Origin: Lytechinus pictus
Taxonomy: Eukaryota
Length of the DNA: 60,000 nucleotides
Assembly (NCBI RefSeq): GCF_037042905.1
Contig: NC_087245.1
Coordinates: 21,206,001-21,266,000, forward strand
Reading direction: 5' to 3'
How positions within the stretch are numbered: the stretch's first letter is position 1; each line of letters opens with the position of its first letter. The position numbers and the translations under genes were made by a program. Below, piece by piece: positions 25,301 through 37,027 of this stretch. Under the pieces are notes generated by a model, which was not told the origin of the DNA, did no database searches, and was given only the letters and a program-made list of their open reading frames with translations.

Positions 25301-27105
25301 CCAATGAGATGAGGACAGAGGCAGGTGTAGAGGGATTGTGGTTTATATTGAGTTATGGAGGATTCGCCCAACAAGCTTCTTCCGCTTGTGTCTGAAGCAG
25401 TTAACTGGCTCTGAACTTGATATTTTCGACTTGCCCCATCCGTGATTCATAATATAATTATGAATTATTGTAAACTTTATAGTTAATTTTCGAAACGTAA
25501 AAAGTCATACAAATGGCCATTCAATAAGAATACACAAACATACAGTACATTTGTGTTAATTAGTACAGACTGATCAATGCAGTGTTCAAGGAATGTTTGC
25601 AAAGATTATCAAGACATATAGGCAGAAATATATAAATGTGAATGACAACAGCCATCTGCTCCCTCACAAAACCCCGAAAAAAAAAACAACAGCAACGTCT
25701 TGGGGCAAGGGGTTCATATAGAGATGATGATGAAAAAGATATGACACTAAAGATTTAAACTGGAAGCAAAAACATAGAAAAAAGATCAGAACATTTTAGA
25801 AATTACCAAAAATTGCAATGTACGATACGGATTGTGAACTCCATGAGAATGGGAAATGAAAGGGCAGGAGAGAGCGAAGGTTGTGAGAAAACTGTTAAAT
25901 AAAGCGAAAGGAGATGACCTCATCATGATGAAAGCAAGCTAAGAAAGAAAACATAAGAGAGAAAGAAAAAAAATAGAAGGATATGAAAATAGAAATACAT
26001 CCCGAATACATCATTCTCTTCTTCTACAGGATGGGGAGGTTGAAGAGGATGATGATCGTCCGTGAACTGTATCCTCACAACCTTGATGCCGTGGTCAATG
26101 ATTGCCGGATTAGGTTAGTGACCATCCATGAAATCGACAACGATCCCAGAGGGACCTGTCCAAAGAGATTGCTCGATGTCATCATGGTTCACTGAATCAA
26201 CAACCGATGATTTATCCAGTTTCCGAATTGTTCCCATACAAGGCGAAGAGGATGTATTCGAGTACACTCGCTGTCGTTTTTAATCGAAGTGATACAAATT
26301 GTTTGAGATTGAATAAACTCTTTGCACAATCATTTGTGGTGTATCTGCTTTTTACTATTTTGCATCATATAAATTTAAGGGTACCAAGTCATACGAAATA
26401 CCTGTCTTTCATAGACATAAACTTTATTTCTGAGGCAAATCGCCTTTTTTTCTATTCGCCACAAAGTAAAACATGGATTTCGGTAATTTCCAATTTCTAT
26501 ATTTTTCTGGGACGGGGTCGAATTTGCAGGAATAACGCGACTTTAATTTTCAGCTGAGATAAATGACTTGAAAGTTATAAAATTGTACCCTTCCCTTTTA
26601 AAACAGCCAAACATGATTAGCACTTAAGGCTCCAGTGGTAACACACTATTTTGTAGAAAAATGTAATTTTACATGACAAATGATAGGCGCAAAGAAATAT
26701 GGTGTCTTACCCAGGCAGGGTGGAGTAGACTACTCTTAGTCAAAGGTATAAATTTTCACCAAATCAAACCTCTCTTCTAAAAGTAATGCGTCAATCAGAA
26801 AAGGAGATAAATATGTATTAACGACTATTGAAATGATATCATAATGAGTATCTCTAATATAAATAGCGTGGATAGAATGTAACACATATGTGATGGGTGA
26901 GGGTAACCTGATGCAGTATGATGTTGAGCCTGTGCATGGGGAATGGACCAGTCGGATTCACAACTATCCATCTTCTCTTATAAGGAAAAATTATACCTCA
27001 TTCAGAATTATTCCATAAAATGCCTATCATAATACAGATAAAATACAATGTAACAACCGAAGGGTGACGATGAGGCCTTTAAAAAAGAGCAGTTCGCAAA
27101 TTTTG

Positions 27106-27425
27106 CACACTGAAAAAAAAAATTGTTCAAGTCTGCACCCTATATCCATCACTATACAGCACCTTTTGGGTACAATCTTGTAGCAAAAGTGGAAGAGGGG
27201 GTAAAATACACCTTTTTATTCTTACTGGCACCCTGAAATGCTCGTTTGCACCATAAACATGCCAATGATACAACAAAGGTACACATTAGCACCTTCCCTC
27301 TAAACTACAACTCTGCACCCTCAAAGCGAAAAAAATGTACAAAATGCTTCTCAGGGTGCAGGGTTGCATCCCCAAAGGAGCTTTTAATGTTTGAAGGGTT
27401 GTACCTCTTAGCGCGTGCGTGAGAG
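27106..27425. mobile_element. Degenerate CACTA-like MITE
   Basis: Starts CACACTGAAAAA, with repeated GCACC(C)/GGGTGCA motifs in both orientations; right end eroded. Confidence 0.45.
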
Positions 27426-28645
27426 TCTCATTACTTTAATTGCATTAGGTAAACAAATTTCATAGGATTAAAAGGAAACGAGGTTAAAAATATTTGTCTA
27501 ATTTTACAAAATATTTGGTAATTTCAGGATTAAAATGATGGATTTGAGGTAATTTAATGGACAAACGGTAATTACGTGGTCTAATCTTCAACAGATAATA
27601 CACAAAGAGGAGGCGAGAAAAATAGCATCAGCGGGATAACTTGAAAATGCACTTTTTTCACATTCAGAAAATAATAACTGTCTCGTGGTTAGATACAATA
27701 TCGGAATTTTGATTATTTGCCATATTTGCGGAGAGGAAATTGCAAAGCCAAAATATTTTTGAAGAAAAATAAACTGCACAGACAAACAAGTGTTCAGAGA
27801 TAAAGAATGCCAATTGTCACAAATGCGTTTGGCTCAATCAACATTTATGACATACTTTTCGTGCTGAAATTTCAGAAAGACAATAGTCTTGTTTCTGGGT
27901 ATCGGAACCGTCAAATTACCCTCTTCCCCCTCTAAAACAAACTATTTTGGTTGTGTGTCCAACCAACCCTTCTCCGACCCCCACCCCTTTCATCTCTCCC
28001 TCTCCTCTCCCCTCCCCTCCCTCTCCCTCTCTATTGTTAATATATATATCCCTTTCACTATCTGAAAGTCCCCCTCAATTTATCTGTCTCTTTCTACCCC
28101 CTTTTATACTTATTGCAACCCCTAACCCTTCAGCTACTTTGTGCATATTTACTCCTTTTTAAGGTGACGGTCGTGGTTCGTTAGCTGTTCGGCCAGGCGA
28201 CACCGATCGCCAGAAGCAAACTTATTCAACAACTTTATCGACCCTTTCCTATCAAAATCATATTCAAACAATTTCCCACCATAATCGTTTAAAGTAATAA
28301 AAATAGTTTCTGTCATATAAAATGTTCGCGCCAATAGAAGACTAGACACATGAAAACAATTCAAATTGCCGCTTACTGTGTGACAACACATCAGGCTGAA
28401 AATCATACGTTCCCTTATTATACTGTCGACTTGGTAATGCAAGTTGTTGGATTCGCAAAAGAGAAAAGGAAAATAAAAACAAATTGCTCATAGTCATATT
28501 CACAAGACTCTACGTATGGGACCACACTCAAATGTTACTTGAATGTGTGTCCTCTACAGCTCAATTCAGTGGTTTAAAGATGAATGCTTTCAATGACACA
28601 TCTTTCAGGGGCCACTTTAAAAATCTATTTACCCAATGATACCAT

Positions 28646-31600
28646 TTGATTGATTGATTGATTTATTGATTTATTTCATTTCTTTTCTTTCCATTTTTCA
28701 CATACAAGTCAAAAATACATAAATACAAATACATAAATACAATTACAAAAATGAACATAAGTAACGACCTTATACATTTGCAAAGATTTGGTAATTATAC
28801 GAACAAAATACGATACTTATATATCCTCATTTTATAAAACTTAACATTCTTAAAAGCTTGAGTATTCTTGTGTATGTTAAAAAAAAAGAAAGGGGTGAAA
28901 TGAAAAGAGAGACCAGCTGAGAAGCTAGGCTTGTTGGACGCTGATCTCTCGAATTCGTAAATAATGTAAATAACGTAATATAATGTAAACTTGGTAAATG
29001 ATCATTCGAAATAAGGGAACATAAATAGTAGGAAAATCGCTGAACATATGGAAGATAAATGCATGGTCATGGTCATGGATGATATAACAAAAAACAAACA
29101 AACAAAACAAAACAAAACAAACAGAACAATGGACGGGGGACAAGAAAAACGATAAGGAAAAGACAAATAAGAAAGAGCGAGTAGGGGAAAGGGGTCGGGG
29201 GGGAGGTGGGATCTGTATGATTATCAAGTAATTGAGGTTTGTTGTGAGTAGGGGGCAAGTAGTGATTTTTTAACCTTAAATTTAAATGTACCTATACTTA
29301 AGCTCTCTCTCGTATTTAGGGGAAGGGAATTCCAAAATTTGGGGGCAGTAAATATAAAAGTGTTTTGTGTAAATGCTGTACGAGTCCTTGGCAGATTATA
29401 CAAATTGATTTGTCTAGTTGGGTAACGGTGAATTTCATTATTTACTCGAAATATGTTGTTAAAAATGGAGGGTAACCCTTGGTTGTTATACTGATACATA
29501 AGAATCGCAAGATTCAATCGATAAATATCGTAAATTTTTAGAGTATTGTTTGATTGGAAAAGACCGTCTGTATGATGTCTAAAATCAACCTGATTTATGA
29601 TCCGCATAGCTTTTTTTTGTAAGAGTAATACTTTATTTAACATATATGTTGCACTATTTCCCCAGGCGAGTATTCCGTAATTCAAGTGGGGTAAAACTAA
29701 TGTTGAATATAAAGATTTCAGAATGTTAGGGGGGAATACCCATTTGAGCTTATTTATTACACCAACATTTCTAGATATTACCTTACATATATTATTAATG
29801 TGATATTTCCATGAAAGTTTGTCATCAATGAATGTTCCTAAAAATTTTGTTGTAGTTGCCTGTTTTATTTGTATGTTATCTATTAGAATTGGATAAGGTA
29901 GTTCATTAAATGTGTTGCTAAATAGCATGAAATTAGTTTTCTCTAGATTTAGGGATAATTTGTTGGCCTTAACCCATGTTGACACAAAGTTTAATTCGGA
30001 GTTGACTATCTGATAAAGAGTTTCTATGTTTGAGTGTGAAAGAAAAAGATTGGTATCATCTGCATACATAATAAATGAAAATAAGTCCGAGGATCTGTTA
30101 AAGTCGTTGATATAAAGTATGAAAAGCAGCGGGCCAAGTATGGAACCCTGAGGGACACCACAATTAATATTTCTCAATTGTGACGCATGATTTTCAATGC
30201 TAACATATTGTTGGCGTTCGTGTAAATAATTACGGAACCAGTCTAACACAATACCTCTAATACCATAATGTGACAGTTTATATAAAAGAATTTGGTGATC
30301 TATTGTGTCGAACGCTTTAGAAAAATCTAAAAACATTCCTATCGTATGGGAGCCTTTGTCAAAAGAGTTAGCTACTTTGTTGATTAGGGACAAGATAGCA
30401 TGAGATGTATTATGATGTTTTCTAAAACCAAACTGACAACAAGTTAGAATTTCGTTATTATTCAAAAAGTCAATTGTACGTGAAAAAACTATCTTTTCTA
30501 ATATTTTTGAAAAAGTTGATAATAATGATATGGGTCTGTAGTTTGATATTAAAAGAGGATCACCTTTTTTAAAAATCGGTATTATCTTGGCTAATTTCAT
30601 TCTATTTGGAAAAACACCAGTTCTCAAAGAAAAATTACAAATATAAGTAAAAGGTTCAATAATACAAGAAATAATATTTTTCGTTATGGCATTATCAAAA
30701 CCGTCATGTCCACAACTCCGTTTGCTATGTAAATTATTAACTATATCAAGAATTTCACTTTCATCCACCGGGGCAAAAAACATAGAATTTGGGTTAGGAT
30801 TAGGTAAATATTCATGAAAACTTTTGTTACTGTCTGGTATCTTACTGGCTAAATTTGGGCCAATCTCTACCAAAAAGTTATTAAAGTGATCGGAAATTTC
30901 TTGTACATTATCAATAATTCTATTATCGATTTTTATCTTAGATACAGCATTTTTCTTTTCATGTTTATTCAATACTTCATTTATAATTTTCCATGTATTT
31001 CTTGCATCTCTTTTACATTTCGTGAACTGGCAAGAAAAATAATTCTTTTTTTCTCTTCGTAATAGCCCTGTCAGTGTGTTTTTGTAATTTAAATATCTTG
31101 ATTTATTATTCACAGTTGGCTTTGCTTTATGTTTCAGATAAAGATTATTCTTCCTATTTATACATCTGAGTAAGCTAGTTGTGATCCATGGGGATCTGGG
31201 GCTTCTTTTCCTACTACGCTGATTAGATTGTCTTACCGGGAGACATTCATTAAATAAATTAGTCAATTTATCCATAAAATCGTTAAAACAATTATTTACG
31301 TCAGTCATATTATAAATATTACCCCAGTCTAGTTCATCAAGTCTTTCTTTGAATGTGTTAATATTGCCCTCAGAAAAAAATCGTGTGTATATTTTAGAAG
31401 GTTGTTGAGTCTGCTGTAAAATTTGGAAATTTGCAAATATTGGGAAGTGATCAGTGATATCAGAGATGACCACTCCAGCGTGTGGAAAAGGATGCATATT
31501 GGTAAATATGTTGTCTATTAGAGTGGAGGAGTGTTCCGAAATACGAGTTGGTTTAGATATAAGTGGAATAAATGATGACGTAAGGAATGTTCCATAGAAC

Positions 31601-32900
31601 TCCTGAACAAAGGAATCAGAATCATATTTCAGTAGATTAGCATTAAAATCACCCATTAAAAAGCAATCCTTACTCCGTAAAATTGGATTAGAAAGAATGT
31701 TTTCGAGATTTAACAAAAAATCATTATGACTGGAATTAGGAGGTCGATATATTATTCCAATTACAATATTTTTTCTACCGACGAATTCAATTTCTACGAA
31801 AATTGTTTCTATGGAGTCATTGACATGGTTTAAGACATTTTTTTCAGTATAATTAAAGTCAGTTTTAATGTATAACGCAACGCCACCTCCCTGTCTGTTA
31901 GGTCTATTGTTCACTATTAAGTCATAACCTTGTAGGGAATATAATGAGTGTGGTGTATCTGAAAGCCAAGTTTCGGTTAAGCCGATCACAGAACAATTTA
32001 GATTAAGCCTATGGTCAAGAAGGTTACGTAGGCACTCGAAATTGCTATTCATACTCCTAATGTTAGTGTGGAACATTGAAAATACAGTCTTATCTAGATT
32101 TGAAAAGTGAGAAACAAGTTGATTTTCAGTGTAGTAAGAGGAAGGGTTAACCTGTTCTTGCTCATTTTCATCAAAAGGGGCTACAAAATCCAAATTATTT
32201 GAGTTGAGAGTAGAGATCATATTATTAACAAAATCACTGTCGCGATCGTTAGAGTGGGAATGCATTAATGATTGAAAGACATTCAAGAAATCGTCATTAG
32301 TTAGGTCAGTACCAGGGGTGACATTATTTGCCATAAAGGGTAATCATTGGCCACCTAAGGGGAAAAGGATATAATAGCTGTGGGGGCTGGGAGAAAGCTT
32401 GTCAGTACGACTAAACGTATAAACAAATTAGATAAAGCAAATACAAGCATACAATGAGTAATGACTTGAAAGAGGGAAAAACAAACAAACAAACAAAAGA
32501 TCAACAAACAAACAGAAGATAATTCAAATAAACTCAAACGAGTCTCAGAAAATAAAGAATATAAGACAAAGCCGTGACCATGCATCAATCAGCGAGCAGT
32601 TGAGAAAGGATTAAATTAGAGAATGATAGAATACACCAGTTTTGTTTTTCAAGGGGAAACTATATATACGGTGTGTCAAAGTATATATACTCACTACGTG
32701 CGGGTGAAGGGACACCAGACAATCAAATCAAATTTAGAGACCAAAGTAAGAATAAACGGGGGGGGGGGGGGGGGACAAAAACAGAGAGAAAAAGCGAAGA
32801 TATGCATGGGGGGGGGGGGCAAACTAACAAAGCATTGATATCAACTGTTTTACTTTTCAGCTCCTAGAATATATATTAACAGAAGAGATCAAATAGAACA
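28646..32900 (-). mobile_element. Non-LTR retrotransposon copy, 5'-truncated upstream of ORF2
   Basis: ORF2, ~580-nt T-rich 3'UTR with a stem-loop at 28907-28950, and an AATAAA/(CAAT)n tail ending ~28646. A T-rich spacer-like region lies at 32335-~32900 and no ORF1 is seen. The 5' boundary is approximate. Confidence 0.85.
29224..32334 (-). CDS. LINE ORF2: APE endonuclease plus reverse transcriptase (CR1/L2 group, Crack-like), 1036 aa, uninterrupted
   Basis: Endonuclease motifs HTNIRS, IGLTETWL, GGGVALYI, IYRPPN, MGDFN, PTR..STLIDNIF, TDHFPIF. RT motifs NYRPISLL, QFGFR, FLDFSKAFDTI, GVPQGSILGPLLF, YADDT, KFLG. No C-terminal CCHC knuckle. Confidence 0.96.
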   Translation of the reverse strand: MANNVTPGTDLTNDDFLNVFQSLMHSHSNDRDSDFVNNMISTLNSNNLDFVAPFDENEQEQVNPSSYYTENQLVSHFSNLDKTVFSMFHTNIRSMNSNFECLRNLLDHRLNLNCSVIGLTETWLSDTPHSLYSLQGYDLIVNNRPNRQGGGVALYIKTDFNYTEKNVLNHVNDSIETIFVEIEFVGRKNIVIGIIYRPPNSSHNDFLLNLENILSNPILRSKDCFLMGDFNANLLKYDSDSFVQEFYGTFLTSSFIPLISKPTRISEHSSTLIDNIFTNMHPFPHAGVVISDITDHFPIFANFQILQQTQQPSKIYTRFFSEGNINTFKERLDELDWGNIYNMTDVNNCFNDFMDKLTNLFNECLPVRQSNQRSRKRSPRSPWITTSLLRCINRKNNLYLKHKAKPTVNNKSRYLNYKNTLTGLLRREKKNYFSCQFTKCKRDARNTWKIINEVLNKHEKKNAVSKIKIDNRIIDNVQEISDHFNNFLVEIGPNLASKIPDSNKSFHEYLPNPNPNSMFFAPVDESEILDIVNNLHSKRSCGHDGFDNAITKNIISCIIEPFTYICNFSLRTGVFPNRMKLAKIIPIFKKGDPLLISNYRPISLLSTFSKILEKIVFSRTIDFLNNNEILTCCQFGFRKHHNTSHAILSLINKVANSFDKGSHTIGMFLDFSKAFDTIDHQILLYKLSHYGIRGIVLDWFRNYLHERQQYVSIENHASQLRNINCGVPQGSILGPLLFILYINDFNRSSDLFSFIMYADDTNLFLSHSNIETLYQIVNSELNFVSTWVKANKLSLNLEKTNFMLFSNTFNELPYPILIDNIQIKQATTTKFLGTFIDDKLSWKYHINNICKVISRNVGVINKLKWVFPPNILKSLYSTLVLPHLNYGILAWGNSATYMLNKVLLLQKKAMRIINQVDFRHHTDGLFQSNNTLKIYDIYRLNLAILMYQYNNQGLPSIFNNIFRVNNEIHRYPTRQINLYNLPRTRTAFTQNTFIFTAPKFWNSLPLNTRESLSIGTFKFKVKKSLLAPYSQQTSIT

Positions 32901-32931
32901 AAAGAGATTTAAAAGGAAAAATACCGTTTAG

Positions 32932-33372
32932 CTCTTTTGGGTAATGTGCAATTAAATTCTTTTCGAGTAAAGATCGTTCAACCATGTCAACTCTATAGCT
33001 GGAACGATTGCATTCACAACACTTTGGCGGGAAAAAAACACATTACCAGACATGATTGTCAAGATAAATGTGTAACCCTTTTTCTTTACGAAGCATTAAC
33101 ATTTGAGTCTTATTGTAAGAAAACACTATAATCATTGACCTTATTTATATTGTTACAACACAGAAATCATTTTGGCGGGGAAAAACAATCATTAACGAGT
33201 TAGATCTTTGAATTGCCGTGTTAATTATCAATGCAACACTGGCTTGAAATTTGTATGGAAAAATAACGATGGGCTTTTTAGGGTAATGAGCAATTTAACT
33301 CTTCGAGTAAAGATTGTTCAACTCTATAGCTGGAACGATTTCATTCACAACATTTTGGCGGGAAAAAAAAAA
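32932..33372 (+). repeat. Diverged ~100-bp direct repeat (two copies)
   Basis: GGGTAATG.GCAATT..TTCGAGTAAAGAT.GTTCAAC..TCTATAGCTGGAACGATT.CATTCACAACA.TTTGGCGGGAAAA at ~32932-33038 and ~33274-33372. Confidence 0.85.
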
Positions 33373-36300
33373 AAAAACCATCGTGATGATCGTGGAAAGA
33401 ATGATGGAAATGCTGGAGAACTATTATCACCTTAACGATAATTTGTTCTTCTCTTTAAGTAGTCCTTCCCCCTTTCACCATCAATGCAAATGAGATACAG
33501 TCCATTATGTGACACATCATATAATCTGATTTTATATATCCACCATGTCTGGTTCTCTCAATGTGATTTTTAAAATTTGGGGACCTGCCATGTGTCACCA
33601 TCAAGTCTTCTTTTTTAGGTCAACATTCACCAAGGAATTTTGTTTAAGAAAGTTAAGGTTTAGCTGTAATATTTTGTTTCAATAAGATATCTTTGAATGC
33701 AACAATTTTCCACCGTCGAGTTACAGTGCTTAAATTGGAAGCAGTCTTACTCAAGACGTTACTTACTAATCATGATCGTCATGTTGTCTATGCCGTCAAA
33801 TTTTAATGAATAATTTATTCAAAAGGTAAACTTCTTTGCTGTTGTTTTTGGTGGTGAGGTCGTAAACCTTACTGACGAAGTAATAAGATCAAAGAGCTAT
33901 AAGTTAATGAATAAAAACAAGATTAAAATGTAGAAGCTGTTATTTCTTGACTTCATTTATTTCGAAAAGTAATGCGTACAAAATGAGAAGACAACAGCGA
34001 TGTCAAAGGTGACGATTCTGTTACATTATCTTCTTCCCTCTTTTATTTCATTACGAGGGGGCTTGCTTTTAAACTCATATGTTCTCATTTTGACACAATA
34101 AATATTTTATTACATATAGTATCACAAGTCTTAAATATTCCTTCCCTTTAAACCGAGAGAATAACGCGCCACTTAAACCGCCAAAGGCGCAACACTTTGG
34201 ATGACAATAACGAAATCGTTTGCAACAAATTGCATCGAAGTTTGATTGAACGAAAATGACAATTTGTAATTTTCTGATTGGGATTCAATGGCAATATTAT
34301 TTTGCGCTCGTTAAAGGGTTTATTTCATTAATAATCCTGTTACAGGACCTGCGGCTATGCGATGGTTATGGCGTTTGGAATGAGGTAACTGTACTTCTCT
34401 GTACTGTATGAACTTTTGACAATTCGATTTTTATAGGACACCTTCATTCCGTTTTAAGGTAGGTCAAAATTATTCTCATCCCAATAAATCCCCCATTTGG
34501 GTACGGATATCGTCTGTTTTGTGAATTCAAGAACGGGGAATAAAAATCAGTGAATGGTTATTTGTATAAGTTTAAATATTTGACGGTTCGTCAGAAAATC
34601 ACTCTTTCAAATCACAAAATTGAGATTTAGTCACGGAATTCTCCGTAGAATACACAAAACATAGGCCTATCTTTTTTGGATTTTCATAATTTCGACATTG
34701 GGAATTTCAGTTAAAGATATCAACAACAAGCATGACAAGAAATGTTGCTTAAAATTGTTCTAAATATCATTTGAGTAGACCTCGATGTACACAAATCTAT
34801 GTAATGCCCCCTCCTTTATTTATTTTAAAAAATACTTATTTGTCTTTCAGAGAAAGATATTTGAATAGAACAGTTTATGTGAAACACATACACTGGTAGT
34901 GTGCCTGCTCATGATACAATGCATTTGATTTTTTTAGATTTCTTTACAAGGTACAGAGAAATAATTCCCCCCCAATGAAAATATGTATAATATCTACCAA
35001 TTTTACGATAACGAGGATAAAACACCCAATTTAAAGAAAACTTTTTATGATTTGTATATGATTTTCAGGAGATCAATATTTATATCTTTTCACACGATTG
35101 GAGATATATTTCGACATTATATTTCTTCTATTCATTCAAGGATACCATACATTGCATTATGACGCCATAAGAATAATATACTTGCAATACCATGCATGAT
35201 AACATCATTTTTCCTTTTACTATTTTCACATATTTCTTACTTCTTTGCACAATGTAATAGGTGATAATACCAATAGAGACCTGGCCTTGAATTGGATGGG
35301 TGAATTGTCAATTATGCCACCCTGCTGTTAAAACCTTTGGTAATCTGTTTTTTTATTTGTCGAAAGGCAATTTGAATCATCTCTATCCTTGGCAAAAAGT
35401 ATCATTGCAACCTTGCTGAAATATGAGTAAATCTTGGTTGAATAAGAGCGATGAGATATTATGATGCGACTTCACGCAGTTCCAATGTAAATACTCCATT
35501 CTAATTTATTGTTCTATTTCATTACCTTGTATAGACAGCTTGATGGCTTCCTTTTCGGGTAATTTACCGTGACATATTTCATTATGTTATATCATTCACA
35601 ACTGAAGATTCATTCCGCAAGAACAGACGGAAACTTAGGACAGTAACTCTCATCCATCGTGAAAACATATATTTTTCATCAATAACAACTTATGATTATA
35701 TTAAAGTGGTTTGGTAATATATGTACATTTTGATGAATTCTCATTTGATACCTAAAATTGTATGAACATAGTTAAGTTCCAGTTAAAAATGACAATCTGA
35801 AAATCTCACTCTGTAATATTGATAGGAAAAAATTAACTAAAATATGAATACCTCAAAGTGTAATATTCATTAGAATTGTTTAAAAAAAATGGAAATCTGA
35901 GCACGTGTTTGAAAACGATACTAAACTAACAATAATTGGTACTTATCATATAAAAGACTGTCTCTCATGTTGAGAAAATAATCACATCGTTGTTTGTTTG
36001 CTATCCAATGCATTTTATTCAAATTTTGTTGTGGTTTCAGGGTCTTTTAATAAGTATCCTATCTGCTTATCCATATACATATGTCATCTAGACCTGGGAT
36101 ATTCCTTCAATTATATGCTAATGATCTTGATTTTTAAGGTGCATGATACGCCATAGTCAAATTCTTGCACATAGTACTGTGTAAGAATTATTGGACGATA
36201 TTAACTACACAACTTTGGTAAATAATCAAATCAGTCTTATGGGCAACATTGGGTAAAATTCATAACTGAGCGAAATCCATTAAATGTTGGCTGGAGCTTA

Positions 36301-36976
36301 CTCAACATTTGGTTTAACATGGTTCACTTTGGAAAAGGTTTGGTTAAACTTTAAGCAATGTTTTAGAGTGTGCTTGTAAATACAAATATAAGTATAAAAG
36401 CACTGCATTCCAAATATCCAGACATTTCCAAAGTCAAACAATGAGGAACTAAGTAATACCTAAGTATTTAATCCACCGTGTACATTGATAATCTTTCTCT
36501 GGAATAGGCAAACCAGTAAAATAATTTGTTGTCTTTATTTGCCAGAAATTTGCGGTTCACAGGCTTCTCTTTTGAGCCTTTCTTCACGGGTCCTTGCCCA
36601 AGAAGACATGCAAATAGGATTAGGTTAGACAGCAAAGGAACCACCAGAAAGTAATATGTTATCATTGAAAAACACCAGTTGGTCTTTAAAAAAAGCAGCA
36701 GGATCGAATAGATTAAAGATCCATGATGATATTTATCTCGGAATACAAACATGACAAAGGCAAAGCGCAATATAAGGTGCATAGATCGTACACTAGATAG
36801 AAATTGATTTAAAAGATAAATGAGATATTTAGTGCTCCAGAATTAGGGCTTTCCCAGATTGAGGTTAAAAGAATTTCAGATAAATTTTAGGAAGAAAAAG
36901 TTTTTTGGATTTCCTTTTCAAAATGTATTTACTCAGGTTAACGTTTTAGCTTAAAAAGTAAGACAAAAAAAAAAGT

Positions 36977-36979
<3 letters not shown>

Positions 36980-37024
<45 letters not shown>
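36980..37024. repeat. (GA)n microsatellite
   Basis: About 22 perfect GA units. Confidence 0.95.

Positions 37025-37027
<3 letters not shown>

Noticed and set aside
1845..28950. All four hairpin-bearing LINE ends lie on the minus strand
   Set aside because: Four of four on one strand has a 1 in 8 chance probability; not significant.
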